This document shows positions 1 through 13,365 of a stretch of DNA of 64,000 bases, one piece after another. Origin of the DNA: the human T2T-CHM13v2.0 reference genome, Homo sapiens. The position numbers and the translations under genes were made by a program. A model generated the notes under the pieces. That model saw only the letters and a program-made list of their open reading frames with translations, searched no databases and was not told the DNA's origin. The first letter of the stretch is position 1. Every line of letters starts with the position of its first letter. The DNA is taken from assembly GCF_009914755.1 (NCBI RefSeq), contig NC_060929.1, one strand, 5' to 3'.

Positions 1-1984
1 TCTTGCAAAATTTTCTTTTCTCCCCAGTTGTCAGTAGTTCTATGCAAATTCTTCTCAGGAAACAATGGTTACGTATATACACTGCAGACACAAAAATATT
101 GGCCAGACACATGCAGAGTGTAGCCCTATTAAGAAAGGGCACTATTCAAATATCTTGCAGAAAATCTAGCTAGTAAATGTTCACTGATGATCATGTTTCA
201 TGAAATAGAATGACTGGTGAGCTGAGTGCTGCATCTGCCTGGATAGCCTCTTGTCTCACTCAGCCATGGGGCATCTTTCTCGCTCCCCATTGGTGGCTTT
301 CAAGAATCATGTTCTTTTCCATCATTTCAGGGCTGATATTAGTCCACAAATAACTCAGTCAGAACTGAGCACTAACACTGCAGGCCCAAGTTTATGAAGA
401 CACAAGAGTAAGTTCTGACCCACAATTGGGATGATATCTTATGGGAGGCTCCGTGGTTCAGATCAAAGTGCAAATAAGACAAGTTTCATCTCATTTCATC
501 CCATTTTCATAACATTGTAAATTCATATCTTAATAACTTCAGACAATTTTCTCAAATATGTATTATCTTAGTCATAAAGGGAACAATGAAAACATGTTAC
601 TGGATTTGACACAGAAAAACAAATCTAAGTAACTGCACCATTAGTGATAGGTTACATACAAAGAGAGACACTGTTCATTTTCTAATAAAGTGTAGCAATT
701 CGTATTTCCTTAATTGGACACTTTCCAGGTTCTCTGTTTTTCCTAAGTTAGGTTATGCAACTAAACCCACCACTCCACAGAGATGAATTATAATCATTTT
801 AATAGGGGAGTATACGCTGACCTTGGAGTTCTCTAAATTGCTCAAAGTGAACAGGAAGTAATTATAATGGGCTGCAAGTACACTCAGGGAACTTACAAAA
901 TGCTGTTGAAAACTCACACTATAGCTATTATATGATAAGATATACTGCTTGGTCCTTCAAACTTCAAACTTCTATCAAATTAACAAATAACATTCTTTAA
1001 AGAAGAACATCAGGAAGATAGTTCATGTATGATTTAGGTAAACATTATCAAATGCCTGTACACAAACGCACACAAAAATTGTGGCACAACATATGGGATG
1101 AGTAAATAAAACCACAGAGGAAATGCGTGCCTACGTTCACACCTGCCATTTTGTGGGAGGTCTTCAACGAAAATGATCACCAAAGAACTACCTGGAAGAG
1201 CCCTGAGAACATTGTTCCTCCTCTCAGGAATGAGTGGGGAAGCTCAGTATTGTGTGTAAGCTCCTCTTCCAAGGAAGAGTCATGAATGGACAGCCGCGGA
1301 CACTCATTCTGGTTCACCATGTGTCTATGTTCCACTGGAGGATCCGTGGCCTCAGGGGCATCTGGGCAGCATTCAGGATGGGAGGGGGCGGCTCTGTGTC
1401 CCAGGAAAGGAAGAGGTAGAGGCCTTTAGAGTTTGCTGTACCTGGGGCTTATGTGAAGCGCGTTCTCCCACTCACAGCCTCTAGCTGACCTAGGTTTCTG
1501 AGGCTCCCAAAACAAAACCCCTGGAAAGAATGGGGCCCTATCTTCAGGATTCTGAGATTCTGGAAGGTAACCATACTGAGGTGGAGAAGAGGCATGGGTA
1601 GGAAAGAGAATAAATCAGAAAGTGAGAGAAATACTCCATAGGATTGGAGTTTAATGAATTGTGGTATGCACTTGCTAGAGTATTTTGCCTATTTAATTTT
1701 GACTAGAGACCTATAACTTTATTATGTGAATAACTTATACTTTAAGCCATTACCTAGCACAGCTAAATTAAATATTTATTTCAAGATGAGATTTGTTGGA
1801 TGAATATTTAATGATAGGAGCTTTATTACTGAAAATTGTTATTATGTCATTTTTGATCAACACTGATCTTTTAGCTTTGTATCTATTACTTTTTCATTTA
1901 TTTTGGTATCTATAAGAAAGATGTATTTTATTTTTATTTTCACACATTGCGTATTAAACTGAACATTTTATTTGTTCCTACTGT

Positions 1985-2118
1985 CTATTTTTTATTTTCG
2001 TAGAGATGGAGTCTCCCCATCTTGCCCAGGCTGGTCTCAAACTCCCAGCCTCAATAAATTCTCCCACTTTAGCCTCCCAAAGAGTTGGGATTAGAGATGT
2101 GAGTCGCTGTGCAAGGCC
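1985..2118 (-). mobile_element. Alu left-monomer / FLAM-like SINE
   Basis: tagagatggagtctcc...cccaggctggtctcaaactcc...agcctcccaaagagttgggattaga matches the antisense Alu left arm. Confidence 0.85.
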
Positions 2119-2449
2119 CTCAGATCTTCCTATTCTTAACAGTGGTTTTACTATTACTTTCCTACCCGTACTATAACTTGATTTCAGACCAGAGTTTCCA
2201 ATCAGAAGTTAAATTGTCATATTGAACTATTTTCAATACAAATGTTTGTGAAATATAGGAAAAAAACATGATCTAAGAAATTCTGAAATGAATACATGTC
2301 CTAAAATATAATTTTAAAATGTTTGATATTAAATATACCACAGTCAAATTTGGCAATCCTTTAAATGATATATTAATGATTTTGTTGTTTTAGAATAATT
2401 TTGTCTGAATTTATTTCTATATAAATATTCCATCCTACAAACTACTTCT

Positions 2450-4330
2450 TATTTTTTTCACATACAGATCTTAAGTGTGCAATGCAATGAGGATGGAGCA
2501 ACGTATACACCAATCAAGAGAAAGAACATGTCCATTACCCCAAAAAGTTCTCTTACACCCGCTTCCAGGTGATGCCCCTGGCAACCATGAGTTTGGCTTG
2601 TAGCATCAAGACTTTACCTGTTCTTGAATTTCAATATATGGAACCAGGCAGGAGCATAATTCAGCTTCTTTGATTCACAGTTCTTGAGATTCATTCATGC
2701 TGTTGTTTGTATCAGTAGTCCGTATATTTTTTAAATTAGTGAATCATATTCCATTATGTAAACGTACCACAACTTCTCACATTATTCTGTTGATGGACAC
2801 ACGACCTTTTCCAGTTTGGGTTGTTATGGGAAAAGCAACTGTAAACATTCTTAAGACTTTTTGTGGGCACTATTGTTTGTTTTTGGTAAATACCTACTAA
2901 CAGCGGAATTGCTGGATCTTAGGGTTGGTGTAAGTTTACATTTCTCAGAAACTGCTGAACTACTTTCCAAAGTAACATTTTGCACGTATGAGAGTCTTAA
3001 TTCCTCCACAACCACTCCAACATTGGGTGGTATTGATCCATTTGATGTTAGCCATTGGAGTAGTATGAAATGCTTTTTGTGAATGTAATTTTGGTTTAGC
3101 TCATGAACAATGGTATTGACCATACTTTCATGTGTTTAGTGGCCACTGGTATATTTTCTTTTTGAAACATATGTCTAAGTATTTTGCCTATTTAATTTTG
3201 AATTTTTTTCTTTTTACTGAGCTGTAAGAATTACATAAATTCTGGATCTATGATAATCCTCAAGTATACATATTCCAAATATTTTCTTTTACAATGTGGT
3301 TTACATTATCATTTGTTTAATCATATATTATGAACAGAATTTTTAAAAAATCACATCCAATTAATCAAATTTTTCCTTTTATGTTGAGTCCATTTTGTGG
3401 ACTAAATATCATTGCTATACCAAAGTCCTGAGGTTATGCTCTAATATTTTCCTCTAGCAGCTCTCTAATGTTAACTTTTATATTTAAGGCAGTGATCCAT
3501 CTTAAATTGATGTTTTGGTGATTTGTTATGTATTCTTGACAAAATGAGCCTTTTAATATGTTTTTTAAGTCTTTCATAATCTCTGGTAATATTTCCAATC
3601 TTGAATTCAATTTCATCTGATATTAATCTAATTCTACCAGCTTCCTCATTCTTACTTTTGTATGCTATATCTTTCCTCCATCTTTACACAGTTCTTTATC
3701 TGAGACTTTATATTATGTAGCTGAACCTGATTTTTTTATCTCATCTTCCAGTCTCTGCTTTTTAACTGGAGTATTCGGTCTATTTATATTTAAGACAATT
3801 ACTGATATGATTGGTCGTAGTTCTTCCGCCTTGCAATGCATTTTCATTTTGTCTCGTGTGTCTTTTATTCCTTTGTTTCTCACTTCCTATATTATTTTGG
3901 GTCAGATTATTGCTATTAGAATTCCAATTCAATACTTTGATTGAATTTTGTTTCAATATTTAGTTAAACTGAAATCTGTACTTGTACTGAATTAAAAGTA
4001 GGACAGTAGAAATAGTCCAAACCAAACGAGAAAAATATTTTAAATTGTACTTTTTTAGTTATACATTATATTTCTTCTTAGTGGTTATTTTAGGAATTAA
4101 AATATGCATTCTTAATTTATCACTGTCTGTTTAAAACCATAAATATTACTTCACATACATTATAGAAGCTGTCAGTGCATAAATTAACCTATCTACCTGT
4201 GTTTTGCTAGTGTCATAATTTTTATAAAGTGTTTGCTATAAACTTCACATTACAATTAAATCATTTTTGCATTAAATATCTAGTTTTAGATAAAATAATA
4301 GAGGAAAAAATACCATCTTTTACATCTGCC
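2450..4330 (-). mobile_element. Old L1 (L1M-type) fragments
   Basis: Antisense L1 3'-end motifs (ggaattgctggatc, tagccattgg, catactttcatgtgtttagtggcca). T-rich and degenerate. Confidence 0.65.
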
Positions 4331-4340
4331 CACATGTTTC

Positions 4341-4636
4341 TTATTTTATTTTTATATTTTTGAGGAAGTCTTTCTCTGTGGTCCACGCTGGAGTGCAGTG
4401 GTGCAATCTCAGCTCATTGCAACCTTCGCCTCCCAGGTTCAAGAGATTCTCGTGCCCCAGCCCCTCGAGTAGCTGGGATTACAAGTGTGTGCCACCACAC
4501 ACGGCTAAATTTTGTATTTTTAGTAGAGATGGGGTTTTGTGATGTTGGCCAGCCTGGTCTCAAACTCCTGGCCTCAAGTGATCCTCCCCCAGTGACCTCC
4601 CAAAGTTCTGGGATTACAGGCTTGAGCCACCCTGCC
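4341..4636 (-). mobile_element. Alu (S/J age)
   Basis: gctggagtgcagtggtgcaatctcagctca...tttttagtagagatgggg...cccaaagttctgggattacagg. Confidence 0.95.
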
Positions 4637-6439
4637 AGTTGCATCTACCTACGTATTTCTGTTCTTTCCTGTAGATGTACATTTCCATCTGATATCATTT
4701 TCCTTCATGCTGAAAATGTTTTATGGCACAGGTCTACTGGTAATTAATCTTTTTCAGATTTTATTTATCTTAAAAGTCTTCATTTCAAATTCATGTTCTG
4801 CTTGATATAGACTTCTCAGTTAATGAGTCTGAGTCTGTGTGCATGTGTGTATATGAGTGTGGAATGCTGATTTCCAGAGTTGTGCATTATTTTCTGATCA
4901 GGGTTGTTCTGATATATCCATTCTGCTTTCATAGAAATCATAACTCTTAGAGCACTATTTAAAAATATTAATAATTCAAGATAGCATAAATCAACCTTTA
5001 TTATTATTTTTCAAATTCATATACTAGGCAGGAAGTAAAAAGAGAATTAAATGTACATTTGAAACAAAAGTATATTTGTAAAAAATCTTACATTTACTAA
5101 ATTATAATGCCAATATAGATGGCCATTAAATTAATCCTTACACTGGAATTGGTATCCAGTTAACAATAATTCTCATTATTATTTATATTGGCCTAAATTC
5201 ATTTTATCTTTGCAAAATAAAATTATGGAATTCTAAAACCAATCATTAGTTGACAGGGAAGGTTGTCAACAGAAAACTACAATTCATAAATACAAACATA
5301 TTTTATTATTAAGTATCATAATATATCATTTATTTGGTTTTAGTTGAATAAAACAAGTTACCCCAGGTTTCTTTGCATGTATGAAAGAAAATAAAAAATG
5401 TTATGACAATACAAAATATGGATGGTCACTACTATTTATTCATTTTCTCTAGTGCCATTGTTGTCTTGATTCTATAATCCAAACTCTCAAATTAAAATGG
5501 ATGCTTCACATTTTCTAAAAGTATTCTTTTGGGGAGTTGAAGAGTGTTTACTCAGGAAACAGCCTCACAATGTTACACATATTATATCTGTATGATGGAT
5601 AGATCCCATGAAAATATGTCAAGCTTCGCTGGCAGGCGAAAACATATGGTAAGGGTTAGACATTTACCATGTGTGAATTTTCTAAGAATAAGTGGTAATA
5701 AAACTAGCTCTGCTGTCAGTCAGCTATTCAGTATTCCAAAGGATAAGTGCACATTAAATTCATGGTATTATATTCAGAATTTTAACATAAATAGCACTCC
5801 CATAGAGTAGCATGATAATGTTTATTGTTTGCCTATTTGTGGTGGTCAAACTTATTAGATTTGGTCCAAGTGTCTTAAAACATTGAAATCGGAAAATCAG
5901 AAGTCATCTTGTCCAGTCTATATCTATCACAGATCTCATTCTTCACATTTACCAACTCCCTAGAGAATCTGTTTCATCTTAAACAACTAGCAGAAGGAGA
6001 AAAGTTCTTCTATTGTACCAAGATATATTTCTCCTAGTTTTCAAATTATCGTTTTAAATTTTATATCATTGAATCTTCTCAGATAAGCTTCTTTCAGACG
6101 TTAGCTCAGAGCTCAATACCAGTTCCTACTGTATATCCACTATTTAGATAAATGATGAGATCACCAGCCTGAAAATATTTCAAAATAGCTCTTTAATTTT
6201 ACTAAAATTAAATCAGAAGTTTTTTTTTAAATTTTTCCTTGAAACCATGTGCCACTGTAACCCCAGAAGAGGTAAGGATATACATTGCTAAAAACAAAGA
6301 GAACACTGATTACTTTTTAATCTTAAAATTGACTTTCTTGACTTCTTTAGCAAAGCAATGATTATCAAAGGCTTCTTCAGGAGAGAAATGACTATTATAC
6401 ATTTTTTTATCTCCTCTGGGATGGACACAGCAGCTTGCC

Positions 6440-6955
6440 AGTTTAACCAGAACTTTTCTCTTTTTCCTTGCTAACTCAACCAATATTGATTTTGTTTAGG
6501 CATCTGCTCAGCACAGGCTCTGGAGAGGTAGGCTCCAGGGAGTGAATCCTCATGGATGTTGGCATTATGGTGATGTCACTTATCTTCCTGTGAATGGTTG
6601 GAAGATATGTACACGGCCTTGCTCTGGCCAATGGCTACAGGGAGAATTCTTCTGTCTAAAATGTCCTGGGGGCAAAAACCCTTTTGTTCCCATGCCCTTT
6701 CTATTCAGAATTCTGTTATGGGAGTACAGGACACTTCTTGCTGCAGTGGTTACCTTGTACCCAACAGGTGACTAGGGAAGAGTAGTCATTGTGCCAAGGA
6801 TGGTACAGCAAAGTGATAAATGGCCCTGGGAATATAGGACCTCATGGAGCCACCTCCAGACATCTTGTTGGATGCGATTATTAATTACCTAGATAATTGA
6901 ATCTTGGGTTGTCAGGAATCCTCTTCCTTGATGCTGAAAGCCATCCTAACCACTA
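6440..6955. mobile_element. Possible old ERVL LTR (LTR16-like)
   Basis: The end tgctgaaagccatcctaac resembles LTR16-type termini. Highly diverged. Confidence 0.35.
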
Positions 6956-7814
6956 CTGCACTTTTAGCACATCAAAAGGCAGGTCTGCAGACACAGATCT
7001 AAGAATTTCATTGAATTCCAAGGACAGAGAAAAGGAACATATGAAGAATAGGAAGTGGAAAGTCCCAGACTGGGTAGTAAGAAAAAAAAAAGGAGGGAGA
7101 GCTAGGGAGGATTTGGAAGCGGGGAATGTGTTCTCATAGAACCTCCATAGGAGGAGGCAGATGTTAGAAAAATTTAGGACATGTGTGATAGTCAAAACAT
7201 TCAACAACCAGTATGGCACGGGCACAGCCCTCAGGGTGGACTCCTGTCTTGCACTCACAAAGGGTGCTGTACCAGAGCAGCACCAATAGCGCCTGGCAGG
7301 CTAGCAGGGGGAGAATCGGTTTGCTGCTGAGAACCTGTCCCTGACCCCCACAAAACACACCCAATTTTGTGGCATGGACATGCCTCAAAAATCCCTGCAT
7401 GCCTCTGAATGTCAGGAGGCCCTGAAGACAGCTGGGGTGAGAGCTAGCCATCTTGCCTCGGTCTATCAGGGTGCCAGGCAAAGTTACCTCAGTCAAGGGT
7501 GATGGAAAAGAGTCCGTGAGAGCTGATGGAAGTCTGGCAAGACTGGAGTGCCACCAGACCCTGACTGGGGTAGCCACAAGTTACACCATCCATCAGCCAG
7601 TGCTAATGGAATGACCAGGGCAGACACACCTCAGAAGCCACTGGCACAGTGAGCCTTTCTGACAAGTGAGGATCACAGAAGCCCCTGGATCTGAAGCTAA
7701 GATTCCTCTTGCATAACGAATCTCCCCTTCCCCTCACTCCTAGGGGACACTTTGGTTAAGTTTGGAAAGGGTGAGCAGATCTTGAAAGTGGAGCCGCTGC
7801 TGTCAAATCAGAGA

Positions 7815-8385
7815 TTGGGTTACATAAAGGGGTTATATAAATATAACCCCATTATATAAATATAAATATAAATATAACCTTTTTATATAACCTAATCTCA
7901 TAAAAATACAATCTGTATAATTCAAGGTAGTGTAAATAAACCTTTATTCATATTTTTCAATAATAATATAACCCAATCAATCAATAATAATAATATATAA
8001 TATAATAATCGGTAATAATAATATAACCCAATCTTATATAAAATCTGTATTCATACAGATATATAAATATATAAGTATATATTATATATAATATATAAAA
8101 ATATAACCCTTTTATATAACTCAATCTTATATGATACAATCTATAACACCATATATATGGGGTTATATAATTTATCTGTATATAAATTTGTATAGATATA
8201 TTTATATATAAATACAAATTTATATACATCTGTATATAAAGGGTTACATAAATATAAATATATAATATTTATATTATATATAAAGGGCATTATACATAGA
8301 TATATATATATAATAAGAGGTTATTTATATATAATTATAACCCCATTATATAATACAATCTTATATGATACACTCTGTAACCCCA
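7815..8385. repeat. AT-rich degenerate repeat built from TATAACCC / GGGTTATA motifs
   Basis: Recurrent tataacc(c) on both strands within TA-rich low-complexity sequence. Confidence 0.85.
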
Positions 8386-8394
8386 GTGACAGAT

Positions 8395-8764
8395 TATATT
8401 AGTCTGTTCTCACGCAGCTATGAAAAAATACCCGAGACTGGGTAATTGATGAAGGAAAGAGGTTTGCTTGACTCACAGTTCCACATGGGGAGACCTCAGG
8501 AAACTTACAATCATGGTGGAAGGCAACAGGGAAGCAAGGAACCTCCTTCACAAGGTGGCAGGAGAGACACTGCGTGCCGAGTAAAGGCAAAAGCCCCTTA
8601 TAAAACCATCAAATCTCATGAAAACTCACTTACTATCATGAGAACAGCATGGGGGAAACCGCCACTGTGATTCAAGTACCTCCCCCTGGTCCCACCCTTC
8701 ACACATGGGGATTATTAAAATTCAAGATGACATTTGGGTGGGGACACAGAGCCAAACCCTGTCA
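8395..8764 (-). mobile_element. THE1/MST (ERVL-MaLR) solo LTR
   Basis: tatattagtctgttctcac...gagactgggtaatt...ggacacagagccaaaccctgtca, with 5-bp TSD CAGAT (8390-8394 / 8765-8769). Confidence 0.92.
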
Positions 8765-9753
8765 CAGATCCCGATGGATGGTACTGCACTCCAACAACTT
8801 CCTCTCCTCCCTACCCCAGAGACGGGGCTCTGTGAAAAGCTGAAATCACTTATAGAAAAATAAAGCTCAGGTGAGCTCTACTTGAGACATGTGTTGCTGG
8901 GAAGCATTTTTTTTTTTTTCCGAGTTACACTCTCGAAAGAAAGCTCCATTAGGCATACTGTGCAACACAGAGATTCTGAGCCCAGGTTCTGCTTGGTTAC
9001 TCTTATTGCCATGGTCTTATTTTCTCACCATCATTTCTTAGAGTTCATTTCTGAAATTAAATACACATTCTAAAATAATCAAGTCTAGATTTTGTATGTG
9101 CTCATTAATCATTTTAAAATTTGCTATGTTTTAATTATCTTTAGTTGCTTACTCCCACTATTATTTAATTGAAATTTATATTCCACCTATTTTTAAACCA
9201 GTTGGAATTATCTTTTTAATTAAGCACTATTTGAAATAGAACAATCAGAGGACTGCCATTAATCCACTAATCCTTCTTGGGAATTGGGTGGGGTATCAAT
9301 CAATCATCAGTCAATTAAAAAACAGAAAAGCTTCCAGATGGCTAAAAGAAGCTACAAAACTCAAAGGATTATAGGATTACATATGTATTACAGTAAAAAT
9401 AAGTAAATTAATTAAACGAGATCATGAATGTGGAGTATCCAGTTGTCCGAGCAGCTTAAACAGTGTGGTCCTTTCCCTAAAGGTCTTATACTATAAGACC
9501 TTGTGTAAGTATATCATAAATTATTCTGGGGCAATGATCAAAAAGAAGGTAAATAAGCACAAGTAATCATCTTTTAAATGCTTTAAAACATTTTAGACAT
9601 TTCAATGGTTTATTCATCTAACAATCACTGGATTGAAAGCGTTGAGTGGAACCAGTATCCCTTCTGCTTCTTGTTATGGAAACCTATTTAATAAGAAACG
9701 TACCTGGACAATAGCAGTTCAGCATTTCTTAATACAAATCTCCATGGTTATTT

Positions 9754-10030
9754 GTCTTGCTTTGTCGCCTAGGCTAGAGTGCAGTGGTAGGATCTCGGCT
9801 CACTGCAGCATTGACCTCCTGGGCTCAAGCTAACCTCCCACCTCAGCCTTCTGAGTAGCTGGGACCGCAGAGGTGCATCACCATACTCGGCTAAGTTTTG
9901 TAGGTATTTTTATAGAGATGGGGTTTTACCATGTTTCCCAGGCTGGTTTTGATCTCCTGGGCTCAAGCTGTCTGCCCACCTCACCCACCAAAAGTGTTGG
10001 GATTACAGGTGTGAGTCACCTTGCCCGGCC
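9754..10030 (-). mobile_element. AluJ-like, tail lost
   Basis: ttgacctcctgggctcaagc (J-type), aaagtgttgggattacaggtgtgag...cccggcc. Confidence 0.92.
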
Positions 10031-12417
10031 TAAGAGCCCTTTCTTAAACTTTGGGCTCTAAAAGAAGTCTAAGTACCAGGCTAAGTACAAAAATCATTTT
10101 ATAAACTCCATTTTGCCCTTTTGTTTAGATGTAATTCACTGAAACACGACTGATAGACCCCGAAGAAGAAAAGGGCCGAATATTATTTGGGTCAAGAATA
10201 CTTTACTCTCAGGAAGCAAAAACATTCTGAAAGGTTCCAAATGAAAGAAGACATCTGATGGGCAATGTGTAAATCACTGGACTAATCTGATTTTGTTATG
10301 CACTTACACCTGTGATTCCGGATGTCAAATTTCGCAAGTCCTTTATCCCTTGAATTTTCCTATAAAATACCATTGAAAGAGGGAAAGAAGATGGCTAGTG
10401 GACACTTTTCTACACCATCAATGTAGAAGGTTGGCAACAAGGACTTACAACTTATTTGTAAAATTTTGTCCAAAACAGACATAATTATATTATTTGCAAA
10501 TTTAAAGACTAAATATAATTACATACTTTTCACTTCACATAAAAAAGTAAATGCATCCCTGTAACAACACATAATTACAAACTGTACATCTTAAGAGTAG
10601 ATACTTTGCACTTTAATGAAACAATATAAAGTAATTTGAATCAACACTGAGCAACCTCCAAGCCTGATATATATTTTCTATATTTTAATCTAGATATTTT
10701 AACATTAATATCTTTAAAATTTCTAAGTGTATATTTTTTAAATGTTTAAGATAAGTCTTCCATTTGTTGGCTCCTTGGAAGAATATATTTAGAAGAACAG
10801 CTCCCTGCAGCAGGGAGACAGATTTTTTTTCCTGTGTATTAGTTATTAGACTGTAATGCAATAATGAGGGTCTAGGTTGAAGATTGCTTTTTTATTCCTT
10901 TAGCCTGCTGAGCATGAAAATGTCTTCAACGTTTCTCAGTAACAATGTAAATACAGCTTGTCTTGATAGAGTTGGCACATTAACCATATCTGGTCATTTG
11001 GAGGCAACTGGCCACATGAGCCCAGCAACCTTCCCTAAACATTGTCCCAGGCATCACGTTGTACTGAAATAGGAGCTGAGAGAAGTACATTTCAGGTGGC
11101 TTATGTGCAGGAAAAAGCAGATTCTGTCTGTTTCAGGAAGGTTCAATTGATTATTCATTTGAAATATCAATTATTACTCTGACAGTATTTTCTTAACTAG
11201 TTTTTATATAAAAATTTAGTCACTGTTATCTGTGTATTCATTTTATTAAAAAAACCCCAGTGCTTACAATTCCTTGTTCATAGTGATATAAATGATCATG
11301 CTTTTTAAATAATAAAGGACAAAATGAGCCTGCATGCTAGTCATCATCATAATGCATTACTAAAAAGATGTGCTCTCAAAATGTCTTTTACTTAACCCTC
11401 CCAATACCCAAAATATTGCTTAACAATAGTGGCTTGCTATTTTAAGAGAGTAATCAGGATTGAAATAGTGTTATAATCAGCTAATGGTGCTGAGAGTGGG
11501 TGAAGGAGGGAGGCCAAGCAGAGCCCCAGATGTAGATGATGAGAATCAGCTCTCTGCACAAGGGAAGTGGAGGGTTGTGGGTAGGTGAGAGTTGGTGTGG
11601 GTGGGTGTGGGTGGCGGGTACTGTTGCAGACAAAGGAAGAAACAGGGATATAGGTCCAGAAATGGGGGTGGGAGTAGGGTGGTCGCAGAAACTTGAGGGG
11701 CTCCCTGCAATTATTTCTGGAGCCTAAAGCAAGAGGTATAATGGCATTAGACGGTTAAGCAGGGCAGCTGCAAGCAGGAAGGAGATGATGAGGGAAGAAA
11801 CTGGGGGAGACTTGAGAAAATACTGGGTAACATTGGCAGCAACAATAGTTGTTTGGATGTGGGCCAGTGACAGAGTAAGAGCAGTACAGTCCAAGCCTCC
11901 TGGAGCCAGGAGAAGGTTTGTTAGGTTCGGACATTGAGTTCAGTTTCAGACTTGTCACTTATGAGAGCTGAGGGTGTGGCTGGGGTACTATTTGGAAGAG
12001 AAGTGCACAGTTACTTAGGCATGAAGATATTCATATGTATCGCGTGCTGCAGCACTCAAATGTGCTACTTAAAATATTTATTATGGTTTCTTTTTGAAGT
12101 CTTCCATTTAATAGCAAAAAATCCTGGATTTATTATAGGCAATCTGTAACTCAGTCCATGAACATGAGGCCTTACAGCATTTGAAATTAAATTTAGAAAT
12201 ATATCACATTTTACAAAAATGCTAGGTGTAATGAACAAACAAAATCCAGCAAACAGCAAGCCTATTCTGATCGTGCTTCTTACTACCCCCTACGCTGGTC
12301 TTCACACTTGGCAATCAGTGTGGCCATGCAGGGAGCTCACACATTATACTGCATCCTACCTCTGCCTTCTTGATGTCAATATCTCAATACAGTTAAGCTG
12401 CAAAGAGGATGAAATTC

Positions 12418-12713
<296 letters not shown>

Positions 12714-12766
12714 AAGGACGAAGGTTTAAATTAACGCTTTATAAATCCTGGGAGACTTCATTGATA

Positions 12767-12827
12767 TTGCCCAAGATGTGTTACTGGGAACACACGTTTT
12801 GCCCAAGATTTGTTGCTGGGAACTCAC
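12767..12827. repeat. Tandem duplication, 2 x 29 bp (period 32)
   Basis: ttgcccaagatgtgttactgggaacacac / ttgcccaagatttgttgctgggaactcac (26/29 identical). Confidence 0.85.
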
Positions 12828-13224
12828 AGTACTAGACGCCATTTTCTCTTGATAAAAAATCAACCTCAATGATATTTTCTCCAGATAATCTCTTTTCCTG
12901 GACACATTTATTTTGTCATTATTTCTTTAGTATCTCACCTTATATGTACTGTTACCCTTTGCTCTATTGGTCAAGTGGAATTGGTAGCAATAGATGTTCA
13001 ATCTTTCATGAAAACCTTGCCACTTTAAAATTTGAAAACATCATGAGGTTTTTAAAGATATAGTGGAGGGTACTGTTTAATATAGTATAATAGCAAACAT
13101 ATAAAGACAACCTCTTCAGGACCTGGAAATATTTTTGTCAAATGAAGTTTTGCTTAATCCATTGCCATTACTCATCAATTGAACTCAGTTTTTAAAAGAA
13201 TGAAGTTGTCTGTGTCTTTCTTGA

Positions 13225-13365
13225 TTTATTCATTCATTCATCTAGCACATACTTATTAAGCACTTATTATGTGTTTTGCAAATTTCAGGTAATAGGACTA
13301 TAAGGAACAAAAGAAACAAAATCTTTTGCCTTGACAGAACTTACCTCTTAGTGAGGGAACACAGG
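13225..13365 (-). mobile_element. L2 3' end
   Basis: ttcattcattcatctagcacatacttattaagcacttattatgtg...gaacttacctcttagtgaggga. Confidence 0.7.
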
